IMG/VR virus record: IMGVR_UViG_3300048839_001249
Location: 1 to 64,000 of that record
Strand: one strand, 5' to 3'
DNA length: 64,000 nt
Source: a virus
The notes beneath the pieces were generated by a model. It worked only from the letters and a program-made list of their open reading frames with translations. It ran no database searches and was not told the DNA's origin. Below are positions 37,520-47,710 of this stretch, piece by piece; position 1 is the stretch's first letter; each line of letters starts with the position of its first letter. The position numbers and the translations under genes were made by a program.

Positions 37520-37739
37520 AATTGTATGTATTTTAATTTTGTTGTCATTACTTTCATTACCAGTAATATATCTTACTACTCCTATGGAAAAGGAAAACAC
37601 TGAACTAACACAATTTGTAACACGGGGTAGTAGCATAATGAAGATACAATATGAAAGTCAAGATTCATTAACACATTGTTTGGAAGATTTAAAAAAACAA
37701 GTTGATAGTCTTGTAATGACTGTGGAAAAATATTATTAA
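37512..37739 (+). CDS. membrane-anchored coiled-coil protein (spanin-like?)
   Basis: N-terminal TM helix from MIRIVC; two DSL sequons. Confidence 0.55.
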   Translation: MIRIVCILILLSLLSLPVIYLTTPMEKENTELTQFVTRGSSIMKIQYESQDSLTHCLEDLKKQVDSLVMTVEKYY

Positions 37740-37755
37740 CTTAAAAATTATAATT

Positions 37756-38046
37756 ATGAACTACTTAGTATTTTTAATGGCCTTTGCTGGAATTGTACTT
37801 CACTTATTAGTGAAGTATCAAGATTCCAGAAGTAAAAAAGAAATGTTTGCATGGAAAGATCATCTTGTTTATGCAGCTATGTCAGCTATTGCTATGGTTG
37901 CTATTATAGTAGGATGGGAACAAGCTAAAGTGTATTTGGGTATGGGAGATGAATTGTTTCCTTTTACTGCTTTTCTGCTTGGATATTTTTCTGACTCTAT
38001 GATAAAGAATATCAGTAAATTTAATCCTATCAGGATTAAAAAGTAA
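37756..38046 (+). CDS. putative holin
   Basis: 96 aa, three TM helices, basic C-terminus. Confidence 0.6.
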   Translation: MNYLVFLMAFAGIVLHLLVKYQDSRSKKEMFAWKDHLVYAAMSAIAMVAIIVGWEQAKVYLGMGDELFPFTAFLLGYFSDSMIKNISKFNPIRIKK

Positions 38047-38088
38047 AATTTTTAAGATGAATTTTGTATCTTTGTTAAAAGTTCATCA

Positions 38089-38793
38089 ATGAAAAATATA
38101 TCAGATCATTTTAGCGAATTAGAGGTAAATGAAGAATTACATACCTATACACATCAAAGTAACAACCTCATTCCTGTAACAAAACTTTTACAAAACTTTG
38201 TACCAGAATTTGATAAAGAAGGAAAGTCAAAATCTGTAGCAAAAAAAAGAGGAGTAAGTCAGCAGGAAATACTTGATGAATGGGAAAAAACAGGTAGTGA
38301 TGCAAGAAATTTTGGTCACTCAGTTCATCAATTTGCTTATGATTATGGACAATATTATGTAGGTACTGGATCATTACCAGTACCTACATGTCCTGAAATG
38401 ATTGCCATTGTAAAGTTTTTTAAAGAATTAAATCCTAGATTTTTACCAGTAGCATTTGAACAAAAGGTTTATTCCTTAAAATATCAGTATGCTGGTACTG
38501 CAGATATTGTATTTTTTGATGGTAAGAAAGGTTTTATTATTTGTGACTATAAAACTGGAAAGAATATACACAAGAATTACATGGGACAAATGATGTTGTC
38601 ACCATTTCACTATTTACTTGATACACCTTTTAACCATTATCAATTACAATTATCACTCTATCAAATTCCATTAGAAGAACATGGATATTTTGTAAGTGAA
38701 AGATGGGTTGTATGGGCAAAATCTGATGGAACATATCAGAAACTTAATACTCACAATTTTACACAAATGTTAAAACAACATATATCACAATGA
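38089..38793 (+). CDS. PD-(D/E)XK exonuclease
   Basis: G..VH, E..VYS...YAGTAD, DYKT and YQLQLSLY motifs; TATCTTTG -7 element at 38066-38073. Confidence 0.85.
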   Translation: MKNISDHFSELEVNEELHTYTHQSNNLIPVTKLLQNFVPEFDKEGKSKSVAKKRGVSQQEILDEWEKTGSDARNFGHSVHQFAYDYGQYYVGTGSLPVPTCPEMIAIVKFFKELNPRFLPVAFEQKVYSLKYQYAGTADIVFFDGKKGFIICDYKTGKNIHKNYMGQMMLSPFHYLLDTPFNHYQLQLSLYQIPLEEHGYFVSERWVVWAKSDGTYQKLNTHNFTQMLKQHISQ

Positions 38794-39476
38794 GTACTGT
38801 AGGTGAAGTAACACAAAGAATTCATAGCTTGTATTCTAAAGGTGTAGAATCTGATGATACAAGAATGTCAATTAGACTTAGTTACAATAAGTTTATTGGT
38901 ACTCGAATGAAATTGATAATTCAAAGATTAGGTAAAGGAGAAGATAAAAACAATCTTACAGATTGGGATTATCAACCAATAGCTAATATACAAATGGAGA
39001 ATTATTCATTTACAAGTTTAAGCTGTCCAGTAAAAAGAAGTACTGTAAAAATCCCAAAAACAATTATTGATATTTCATCTACTCACATGAGAGTAATTTC
39101 TGTAGATGGAAAAGTAATATATAATACAACAAGAATTGATCGTGCAAAATATATTAAAGGTGGAAAATATACATCAGAATTTCCATATACTTTTATATAT
39201 GATGATTATTTGTTTATTATGAATTCACAAGCTAAGAATGTTACACTTTATTCAATATTCAGAAATCCAATTGAAGCATATTTAATGCATCAAAATAATA
39301 TAGGTGAAAATATACAATGTATAAAATACACAGATATTGATGTATTTACACCTGATGATGTCACTGATATTGCTATTGAAATGTGTGCACAAGAACTAAT
39401 ACAGTTTTTTAATACAATGGGAGTTGAAGATACAAGAAATGATTCTGCTGATAATCCACCTGAAAAATCAAAATGA
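38790..39476 (+). CDS. tail ring protein (crAss-like)
   Basis: Synteny; DD..MS.R start and EDTRNDSAD C-terminus. Confidence 0.65.
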   Translation: MSTVGEVTQRIHSLYSKGVESDDTRMSIRLSYNKFIGTRMKLIIQRLGKGEDKNNLTDWDYQPIANIQMENYSFTSLSCPVKRSTVKIPKTIIDISSTHMRVISVDGKVIYNTTRIDRAKYIKGGKYTSEFPYTFIYDDYLFIMNSQAKNVTLYSIFRNPIEAYLMHQNNIGENIQCIKYTDIDVFTPDDVTDIAIEMCAQELIQFFNTMGVEDTRNDSADNPPEKSK

Positions 39477-39961
39477 ACCAGAAAAGATCAATAGCAACAA
39501 GTTATAAAGATTGTACAGTAAGCATATCATATACTGATTATGCTAAAATTGTTAAAGGATTCATGAAATTTATCATGATGAAAGTATTTGATGGTGATAC
39601 TGTAGAACTTCCTGCAAGAATGGGTGACTTATCAATAAAAGGAAAGAAAGTAACACCAAGATTTGATGAAAATGGTAACATTGTAAATCTTGCACCTGAT
39701 TGGGTTAAGACAAAACAATTATGGGAAAGAGATGAAGAGTCAAGAATAAACAAAACATTGGTCTATCATTTCAATGAGCATACTGGTGGTGTCAGATATA
39801 AGATTTGTTGGAACAAAGGAATGAGTGGTGCAGTAAATAAACTCTTATACATATTTAAACCATCAAGGGAAAACAAAAGAAAAACATGGAAGTCTGTAAC
39901 TGCTGGAAAAGAATTTTATGTCAAACCTAAATTTCATTCAAATGTCAACAACAATATCTGA
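39473..39961 (+). CDS. HU/IHF-like protein of the crAss tail module
   Basis: VELPARMGDLSIKG...DWVKT...YHFNEHT...YIFKPSRENKR. Confidence 0.75.
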   Translation: MNQKRSIATSYKDCTVSISYTDYAKIVKGFMKFIMMKVFDGDTVELPARMGDLSIKGKKVTPRFDENGNIVNLAPDWVKTKQLWERDEESRINKTLVYHFNEHTGGVRYKICWNKGMSGAVNKLLYIFKPSRENKRKTWKSVTAGKEFYVKPKFHSNVNNNI

Positions 39962-40151
39962 AATACGTAAAAGAGATGGTGATACAAGTAACACTATTAC
40001 TGTCGAACAAATTGAAAATGGATTTTTAATTACAAAAAATAAAGAATGGAAAGATAAAAAATCAGAATGGCATTATGAATGTAAAAAATACTATTCTGAA
40101 AAAAATCCATTAGAAGATGCATCCAAAGAACTTGCTGCATATTTTGATTAA
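39942..40151 (+). CDS. small hypothetical protein
   Basis: ITVEQIENGFLIT motif; likely start MSTT. Confidence 0.65.
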   Translation: MSTTISEIRKRDGDTSNTITVEQIENGFLITKNKEWKDKKSEWHYECKKYYSEKNPLEDASKELAAYFD

Positions 40152-40162
40152 TATTATTTACT

Positions 40163-41095
40163 ATGAAATACACATCTATTGATAGAATTTATTCTAAGGT
40201 TATAAGAGACCTAGGAATAAATGCTGATGAAGCAGACCTCATTGAATGGACAGGTGAAGCATTAGAAGCTATTGATGCTCAACGATCTCATGAAGAAGCT
40301 GTTGCATTTTTACAAGTAAAGAATTATCATTGTGAAGTTCCATTTGGGTTACAGTATATTATACAAGTAGCTAAAAATACAAGAACAGATACTTATGCAC
40401 CAATAGAAAGTGATGCTATTGAAGAGAATGCAATTGTTGATCCAGAAGGAGTATGTCCTGTAAGAATTGATTGTAATGGTGCACCAATAGATGATCATGA
40501 ACTTTCTTATTACAGACCTTACTATGATCTTAGATATGAGTATGATTTATGGAGAGATAGTACTGTTGCTACAAGATATTATGAACCTGTAAGACTTGCT
40601 GTACATTCATTTTTTAACAGTATTGTATGTGGTAATGTAGAAAACAATGAACTGTATAAGACAACAAGAAATGAATATTCACTTACAGATGAAGATTCTA
40701 TCATGAGATTTAGTTTTTCTGATGGTCTTGTTGCATTAGCTTATGTTAGAACAGTACTTGATACAAATGGAATACCAAAAATTCCAGACAATTATTCATT
40801 TGTAACTGCAGTTGTAAAGTATATTACTTACAAACTAATGGAAAGACAGTTTTATCTTGGTAAATCAGACTCAGATAAAAAAGTATATAAAGCAGAAAAA
40901 GATTGGCAATGGTATTGTAAACAAGCAAAGAACTCAGCATTTATCATTCAAGGTATTGATGAGATGGAAAACTATCTTGATCAAAGAACATACCTAATAC
41001 CACGAAGAAATGTATATGACAGTTTCTTTGGAAATCTAGCAAAAAGAGAAAACAAAAACATTCTTAATACTTATCAAAGACATAATTCAGAATGA
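40163..41095 (+). CDS. tail tubular/ring protein
   Basis: DLIEWTGEAL...GIPKIPDN...WQWYCKQA; precedes the muzzle gene. Confidence 0.75.
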   Translation: MKYTSIDRIYSKVIRDLGINADEADLIEWTGEALEAIDAQRSHEEAVAFLQVKNYHCEVPFGLQYIIQVAKNTRTDTYAPIESDAIEENAIVDPEGVCPVRIDCNGAPIDDHELSYYRPYYDLRYEYDLWRDSTVATRYYEPVRLAVHSFFNSIVCGNVENNELYKTTRNEYSLTDEDSIMRFSFSDGLVALAYVRTVLDTNGIPKIPDNYSFVTAVVKYITYKLMERQFYLGKSDSDKKVYKAEKDWQWYCKQAKNSAFIIQGIDEMENYLDQRTYLIPRRNVYDSFFGNLAKRENKNILNTYQRHNSE

Positions 41096-44000
41096 TCACA
41101 GATAATGTAACCAGAATATCAAAAGGTCTTTTCAGAGATTCAAATGTACTTGACCAACCAAAAGGTACATACAGATATGCATTAAATACTGTATTAGAAA
41201 CCAGAGAAGGTGATGTGCAAATTATTTCCAATGAAGAAGGAAATCAAGCATATGCTATTACCAATCAGGGTACTACAGAAATGCATATTATTGGTAGTGT
41301 TTATATTGGAGATAATGAACATATATTATTTATTGTTGGTAATTCAGTAAGTATTATTGCATTATTAAAAGAAGGTAATATAGAAAGTCCACTGGTTACA
41401 AATGATAATGTTGAGTTTCTAGTAATTGACAGTGAAGATGTACTTGCATTTTCAGAATTTTCACAAATTCAAGCAGAATACAAATTAAGAAGAGGATGTG
41501 AAAAGTGGATCTATTTTACTGATGAAACAAACAAAATAAGAAGTTTTAATTGTAGTGACCCTGAGAGTTTTAAAACAAATCCTAATGGAGATCCACCAGA
41601 GGGTAAAACTGTATGGAGTAAAGTAAAATTTGAACTACAAAAAGGATATAATAAAAGACCTGAATTTTTATCTGTTGAGATATTAAGTGGTGGTGAATTA
41701 AAATCAGGAACTTATAATTTTGCTATTCAATATGTTGATGAAAATAAAAATCCTACAGAATGGATTACCACATCAATGCCTGTATCTATTTATAAAGATG
41801 GAACATCAGGTAGCTATGATGGTGTAATAGGTTCATCAAATCCACCAGTAGGAGAAACAACACCTTTATTTGGTCAACCACCAACATCAAAATCAATTAA
41901 ACTTATATTAGGTAATCTTGATGATAGTTATAGTCATTATAGAATTGCAATAATTGAAGCTACAGCAGGTAGTGGTTCTCCAAATAGAGCATTAATGTCT
42001 CAGCCATTTTTCATTACAGATACAGAATTTATATATGATGGGAATCCACTGGCATTTACAGTAATTGATCTTAATGAAATTCTTGTAGCTAAAGCTGATC
42101 TTGGCATTCCAAAACATGTATGTCAGGCAGAAGATGTATTGCTTGTAGCTAATATTAATAATACAAGTAAAGATGTATGTTCATTACAACAATATGCATC
42201 AAAAATAACAAGCAATTATGTAACAAAATTTGTATTTGCTTATGACTATAAAGAAAAAGGAAATCCTAAAACACCTGATACTTTATGGGATACAATGACA
42301 GCAATAGGTGGAGAAGTCTATGCCCATGGTATTGTTTATGTATTTGATGATGATACAGAATCACCAGCTTATCATATTCCGGGAAGAAATGCTCATGATA
42401 GAAATGGAAATCCTATTCAATCTGTTGAAGCTATTCCATTAGCTGAATGGGATAATCATGAAGGAGATATAAAGGCAATAACAGGAAGTGATGCTAATGC
42501 AATAGTAGAAGGTGGAAATATTCAAAAATGGAGAGTATATGACACATCAGATGATGATGGAAAAATGTCTTTTTGGCAAGCTCAAAATGCTGAGTATCCT
42601 ATAAGAGAAAATTGTAATGGTGATGATTATTGGGGAGTTGATGCTGATGGATTTGGTCTCACTGGTAAGAAAATAAGACATCACAGGTTTCCGTCAAGGA
42701 ATAAAATTGCTCATGTTATAACTGCTCCTAATGATCCATTAAACCCTAATGTTGGAACCTATTTAAGAATCATTTTAGATTCAATAAAACAACCTAAAAA
42801 TGTTGATCCAATAGATAAAGAATTATATTATAGACTTACATTTAATATTATATTTACTGATGGCTCAACAGAAACAAGATCAGAAAGTGGATTTTTTACT
42901 AGTCTTGATTTTGAGTACATAGCAAATAAAATATGGAATATCAATTACTTTGAAGAGGGAAAAGATATTGAAAGTATTGATAATATAGTACTTGAAGGAT
43001 CATTACGTGATAACTCTGATATTGTATATGCAAATGATGTTGAATTGGAATCTCCGGGTGGTGATTTAGTTACTACTGAAATTACATGGATGGTACAATC
43101 TAAATCTACACTGGAAGGAAGAGAAGATTCAGAAGTAATTCAATTAATAGGTATTAAGTTTGATAATATAGAAATTCCAGAAGGATGTAAAGGTTATTAT
43201 TTTGTAAGAGCAGAAAGAGACACTTTTAACAGAACAATTCTTGATAAAGGATACTCAGGTAGTTTGAGACAGAATGATGAATATATTGCTTTTACAAATA
43301 TAACAGAAACAGTTTATGAAGGAAAAATAATGAATGACCATGGAGAAATATATGATCATAATACTAGGGTCAAGTATTTATTTTCACCACTTAGTTTGTT
43401 TAGAAACAGAACAATAAATCCTGTATATATTACAGTAGAAAGAATATTTCATAAAATACAAGGTTCAAATCCAGTAGGAACTAAAACTGTAAAGAATATT
43501 GATGATGAAAAAGGTGGAATATTTGACAATGATGGCTTTGATTGGAAAGGTGCTTTTATTGTTGATTCATTTATAACTGATGGTCAACCAGTTGCAGAAC
43601 ATAATTATCGTGTACTCCAAACAAAAACTCTTCCACCTGTAAATAAAGATATTGGATTTACAACAAATGATGAGGTAAAAAAAGTATTATATAATTGCTC
43701 ATTTGATAACAGAGTTCAATTTTTGGAACTGGATAGAGATTTTGAATTTGTTGAACCCAAATTAATGATTTCTAATGTACCTCTTGTAGCTGATCATCCA
43801 TTTCAAGATGTGTATTATGTATCATTAAAAGTAGAAAGAGATGTTCATCCTGATATAGATAATATTAAATATTATAAGATGCATAACAATATGCTTACTT
43901 ATGATAGTACAGAAGATGATACAGGTGGTGTGGAAATCTATGGTTATGATGGATTTATTTCACATTTCCCTATAACAACATCTATGTTTCAAGGTGTTGC

Positions 44001-46098
44001 TGGTAAAGTAAGAATACTTGATTTTATTGTTTATGCAATAATTATTATAGCTTCTGCAGTTGTTACTTTCTTTACAGCAGGTGGTGGTACACCAGTTCTT
44101 ATTGCAGCAATAGCTCTTGCAGTAGCAGGATTAACAGTTGCAGCATTTCAAACATTTGCCAGTGATTTTGCTAATAAACCAGAATTTCGTAAATTGATGC
44201 GAAGTATCATGATGACAAAATCAGTGATGGGAGATTTGAATGATGATAGGTATGAAGCTGTAATGGAAAGAGCTACAGGTTTGTTTGTAGAAAGTGAAGT
44301 AAACATAGGATTAAGAGAAAATGTTAATTATGGTTGTTCTGGATTTTTAAAGAGTGATCAAGAAGCTGCTGTTGAAAATTACATGGTTGATAAGTTTACT
44401 TATTATGAAACAGGTAGTGATACAAGCAGACTTAAACTAATTCCATGTCCAGAAGTATATGTTTCAAATTTAGACTTTCAAAGAACAAATAAAGAAAAAG
44501 TATTTTTTGCTTTAGCTTCTAGTTATGACTGTTGCTCTGATTGTAGAGAAAACTTTCCAAACAGAATACATTATTCTCAGAAGGCATTTTCAGAAGAACA
44601 AATTGATAGTTTTAGCAGATTTCTTCCATTGGATTATATTGACATCCCTGGTGAATATGGTGAGATTACAGACATCTTTATGGAAAAGTCATCTCTCTAT
44701 GTCAGGACTGAAGGAGCATTGTGGCTATTGCCTCAAAATGTGCATGAGAGGGTACAAGGTGATGTTGTTAGTTTGATAGGTACAGGTGGATTTTTTGCTA
44801 TTACACCTAAGAAATTATTTGATACAAAGACAGGTGCAGGTGGTGGTTATCAGAAATTTGCAACAATCAAAACACCATTTGGTTCTGTATTTGTTGATGA
44901 AACACAAGGTACATTATATTTATTAAACTTTAGTGCACAGACAGGAACTCAGATAGAAGAACTCACTGCATTAAAATATGGAATGAGTAAGTGGACAAAA
45001 CAGAACTTTAAGATACTATTATCAGAACAAATAAGAAAGACACTAAAAGAAAAATTTGAACATAGCTATAAACCAGCATCAAAATATGGTATAGGAATTC
45101 ATACAGCCTATGATAACGAATATAAAAGATTAATTGTTACCAAAATAGATTATATTATTAAACAAGAAATCATTGATGAAGACAAACTCATATCATTTGA
45201 TCAAGAACCTTATGCATTATATGGATGGAATAGAATTCTCATAGGTGATTATGATGAAAGTCTTGTAGGTGTATTAGGATTTAACATCTATAATAATACA
45301 TTTTGGAAATACACAGAAGATTATATTCATGGTAGTCATGTAATAATGGCAGACCTTATTGAGTTTGATGATACTGATTATTTTGAAGACAAATCTTTTA
45401 CAATTAGTTTTTCATTTAGTACAATGTCATGGGTGAGTTGGCATAGTTATAAACCAAGAAAATATATATTTGATAACAATAATCTATATAGTGCATTGGT
45501 TACAAAAGCTTTTGCTTACAATCCAGGAGACGATTATTTCTATACAGCTAAATTATTCAAACATAATATTGCAGGACAGTATCACAAATACTATGATCAG
45601 AACTATGCATTCATTGTTGAGTATATAGTATTAAAAGAACCAATACTAGATGCAATATTTGATAATATCATGATTCAAACAGTTGCAAAAAAGGATGATG
45701 TAGAACAAAGATTTGTTACATTTAATAAAGCTTTATTTTATAATCATAGACAATTATCTGGTTTACTTAATCTTATTATTGTTGATGAAACAATGGATAC
45801 TGATTATCTTCAACAGTATGTTGTAAATTTACCTGATTCAATCATTGTCAAGAGAAAAAATAAAAATTGGACAATTAATGATTTCAGGGATATTCGAGTA
45901 AATTATTCACTACCTTTGTTTATTGGTGATCTTTGTGGAGATGTAAATACGGATTCCATTGATACTCAGAAAGATTGGACTGAGCTTGAACCATTTATGG
46001 ATAAGTTTCTAGGAGTAAGACTTATACTGGACAATAAGAATGATGTAAAATTACTCTTAAATTATATGCTTGAATCTATAAAACCTGTAATAGGATGA
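41092..46098 (+). CDS. tail stabilisation/muzzle protein
   Basis: 1,668 aa; KGLFRD..QPKGTYRYALN start, IRHHRFP, PNRIHYS, GEITDI and WVSWHSY. Confidence 0.8.
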   Translation: MITDNVTRISKGLFRDSNVLDQPKGTYRYALNTVLETREGDVQIISNEEGNQAYAITNQGTTEMHIIGSVYIGDNEHILFIVGNSVSIIALLKEGNIESPLVTNDNVEFLVIDSEDVLAFSEFSQIQAEYKLRRGCEKWIYFTDETNKIRSFNCSDPESFKTNPNGDPPEGKTVWSKVKFELQKGYNKRPEFLSVEILSGGELKSGTYNFAIQYVDENKNPTEWITTSMPVSIYKDGTSGSYDGVIGSSNPPVGETTPLFGQPPTSKSIKLILGNLDDSYSHYRIAIIEATAGSGSPNRALMSQPFFITDTEFIYDGNPLAFTVIDLNEILVAKADLGIPKHVCQAEDVLLVANINNTSKDVCSLQQYASKITSNYVTKFVFAYDYKEKGNPKTPDTLWDTMTAIGGEVYAHGIVYVFDDDTESPAYHIPGRNAHDRNGNPIQSVEAIPLAEWDNHEGDIKAITGSDANAIVEGGNIQKWRVYDTSDDDGKMSFWQAQNAEYPIRENCNGDDYWGVDADGFGLTGKKIRHHRFPSRNKIAHVITAPNDPLNPNVGTYLRIILDSIKQPKNVDPIDKELYYRLTFNIIFTDGSTETRSESGFFTSLDFEYIANKIWNINYFEEGKDIESIDNIVLEGSLRDNSDIVYANDVELESPGGDLVTTEITWMVQSKSTLEGREDSEVIQLIGIKFDNIEIPEGCKGYYFVRAERDTFNRTILDKGYSGSLRQNDEYIAFTNITETVYEGKIMNDHGEIYDHNTRVKYLFSPLSLFRNRTINPVYITVERIFHKIQGSNPVGTKTVKNIDDEKGGIFDNDGFDWKGAFIVDSFITDGQPVAEHNYRVLQTKTLPPVNKDIGFTTNDEVKKVLYNCSFDNRVQFLELDRDFEFVEPKLMISNVPLVADHPFQDVYYVSLKVERDVHPDIDNIKYYKMHNNMLTYDSTEDDTGGVEIYGYDGFISHFPITTSMFQGVAGKVRILDFIVYAIIIIASAVVTFFTAGGGTPVLIAAIALAVAGLTVAAFQTFASDFANKPEFRKLMRSIMMTKSVMGDLNDDRYEAVMERATGLFVESEVNIGLRENVNYGCSGFLKSDQEAAVENYMVDKFTYYETGSDTSRLKLIPCPEVYVSNLDFQRTNKEKVFFALASSYDCCSDCRENFPNRIHYSQKAFSEEQIDSFSRFLPLDYIDIPGEYGEITDIFMEKSSLYVRTEGALWLLPQNVHERVQGDVVSLIGTGGFFAITPKKLFDTKTGAGGGYQKFATIKTPFGSVFVDETQGTLYLLNFSAQTGTQIEELTALKYGMSKWTKQNFKILLSEQIRKTLKEKFEHSYKPASKYGIGIHTAYDNEYKRLIVTKIDYIIKQEIIDEDKLISFDQEPYALYGWNRILIGDYDESLVGVLGFNIYNNTFWKYTEDYIHGSHVIMADLIEFDDTDYFEDKSFTISFSFSTMSWVSWHSYKPRKYIFDNNNLYSALVTKAFAYNPGDDYFYTAKLFKHNIAGQYHKYYDQNYAFIVEYIVLKEPILDAIFDNIMIQTVAKKDDVEQRFVTFNKALFYNHRQLSGLLNLIIVDETMDTDYLQQYVVNLPDSIIVKRKNKNWTINDFRDIRVNYSLPLFIGDLCGDVNTDSIDTQKDWTELEPFMDKFLGVRLILDNKNDVKLLLNYMLESIKPVIG

Positions 46099-46415
46099 GA
46101 ACTCTTAATACATATTTAGGTAAACCTCGTAAGGATAAAAAACCAAGAAGAAATAAACTTACAGAGGAAGAAAAGTATTATCGTAAAAAAGGCTATCCGA
46201 GAGATTATGTAAAAATGATGGAAAAAGAATCAGTAAACATGTCTCAGCAATCAGATAATGGTATATTTGAAATGCCTACTGATGAAGAAATCAATTTACA
46301 GAAAGCAAGAAAGTTTTATTCAAATACTACTATTCCAGACAATGTAGGTAAAAGGAATAAAAATGTTATTCAATATCTTGAAACAGGGAAGTGGCCTAAA
46401 AAATCTAAAAAGTAA
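46095..46415 (+). CDS. basic hypothetical protein
   Basis: 106 aa, Lys/Arg-rich. Confidence 0.65.
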   Translation: MRTLNTYLGKPRKDKKPRRNKLTEEEKYYRKKGYPRDYVKMMEKESVNMSQQSDNGIFEMPTDEEINLQKARKFYSNTTIPDNVGKRNKNVIQYLETGKWPKKSKK

Positions 46416-46420
46416 TCACT

Positions 46421-47710
46421 ATGGCATATAATATATTTGAGTGGCCTGATGGAGTTGATAATACATCAGTTCCTACTAAAAAAACCAAAGAAGAATGGAA
46501 AATTGAAGCTGGTAAACTGTTATATAAATATCAGAATTATCAAGATAAATATGTGGATGATATTCCATGGGATACAGAAGAAGCCATATTTGTTGGGCCA
46601 CCTGATGAAGGTGAGAGAAAAGTACAATTAGGAGAATTTGAAAAAATTGATAGACGGATTACTCCTAAAAGATTGATACCAAAAACTTCAAGTGGTATCA
46701 GTTCAGACAAAGTTATTCCAACAAAACATCCTGATTATTTAGGACAAAGACCTTATAATCCAACTCCAACAACACCTGTTATTCCTTTTTATGATTTTAA
46801 TATTGAAGATGAAGATTATCCAACAGATGATAGTATTCCAGGATTAGGGGATTTAAAAACTAACAGAGAAAAAACTCCAAAACCTTATAAAGCAAAAAAG
46901 GATAGAAGTGGTGGTAATGGTATGGGAATGGGAGACCTTACTACTGGTGATAAAATAGGACTTGCAAGTTCTGTATTGGGTACAGGACTTAATGCTGCAT
47001 TAACAATAGCAAACAGACTTGGTGACAGACCAAATGAAAATTCATTTCTTACTTATGCCGAAGATGCATTAAGAACAATGGATGAAAGTAAGAGATATGC
47101 TCAAAGCATGTTTGATTATGCATTAGAAGGTATTGATTTTGATGAGGGAACTGCAAGAAGAACTATCACACAAAATGCAAGAGGTATTAATCAACAAAGA
47201 GCATTGCAATTAGGATTACATGTACAAGGTCAATCTGCAAAGAGAAGTGCAAGAATGGATTATGCTAATAAAATGTTAGGTATTAACAGAGAAATTGCAG
47301 GATTACAAGAAAGACATGACAGATTTGCTATGAGTGCAGAAGAAAGAAGACTTGACAAAGATAAAGCTGATAGAGATGCATTCTATACAAATATGTCAAA
47401 AAATGTAACTGATGCTACAATGTTAGGTCAGCATGTAGGTGCATCATTAAACAAGTCATTAGAAACACAGCAGAAATTAAAACTGTTAAATCAGTTTGGT
47501 AAATATGCTTATTTCGATGATGATTTTGATCTTGTTGGAAAAGGTGTAACTGATAATAGTACACCAGCTAAAGCAGCACCAGCAAGTAATACATATTCAT
47601 CTGGAATGTTTTCATTTAATAATTCAATTAATAGTCCATTTGATCCTGAACCAATGAGACTAGGTACTCGTTGGAATCCTGTTACAAAAAAACTTGAAAC
47701 TGTAAGATAA
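46421..47710 (+). CDS. putative ejected cargo protein
   Basis: Gly/Ala hydrophobic segment followed by a helical region; lies before the vRNAP gene. Confidence 0.6.
   Translation: MAYNIFEWPDGVDNTSVPTKKTKEEWKIEAGKLLYKYQNYQDKYVDDIPWDTEEAIFVGPPDEGERKVQLGEFEKIDRRITPKRLIPKTSSGISSDKVIPTKHPDYLGQRPYNPTPTTPVIPFYDFNIEDEDYPTDDSIPGLGDLKTNREKTPKPYKAKKDRSGGNGMGMGDLTTGDKIGLASSVLGTGLNAALTIANRLGDRPNENSFLTYAEDALRTMDESKRYAQSMFDYALEGIDFDEGTARRTITQNARGINQQRALQLGLHVQGQSAKRSARMDYANKMLGINREIAGLQERHDRFAMSAEERRLDKDKADRDAFYTNMSKNVTDATMLGQHVGASLNKSLETQQKLKLLNQFGKYAYFDDDFDLVGKGVTDNSTPAKAAPASNTYSSGMFSFNNSINSPFDPEPMRLGTRWNPVTKKLETVR

Noticed and set aside
38089-38793. Cas4
   Set aside because: Lacks the four-Cys Fe-S cluster pattern; it looks like an ordinary phage PD-(D/E)XK nuclease
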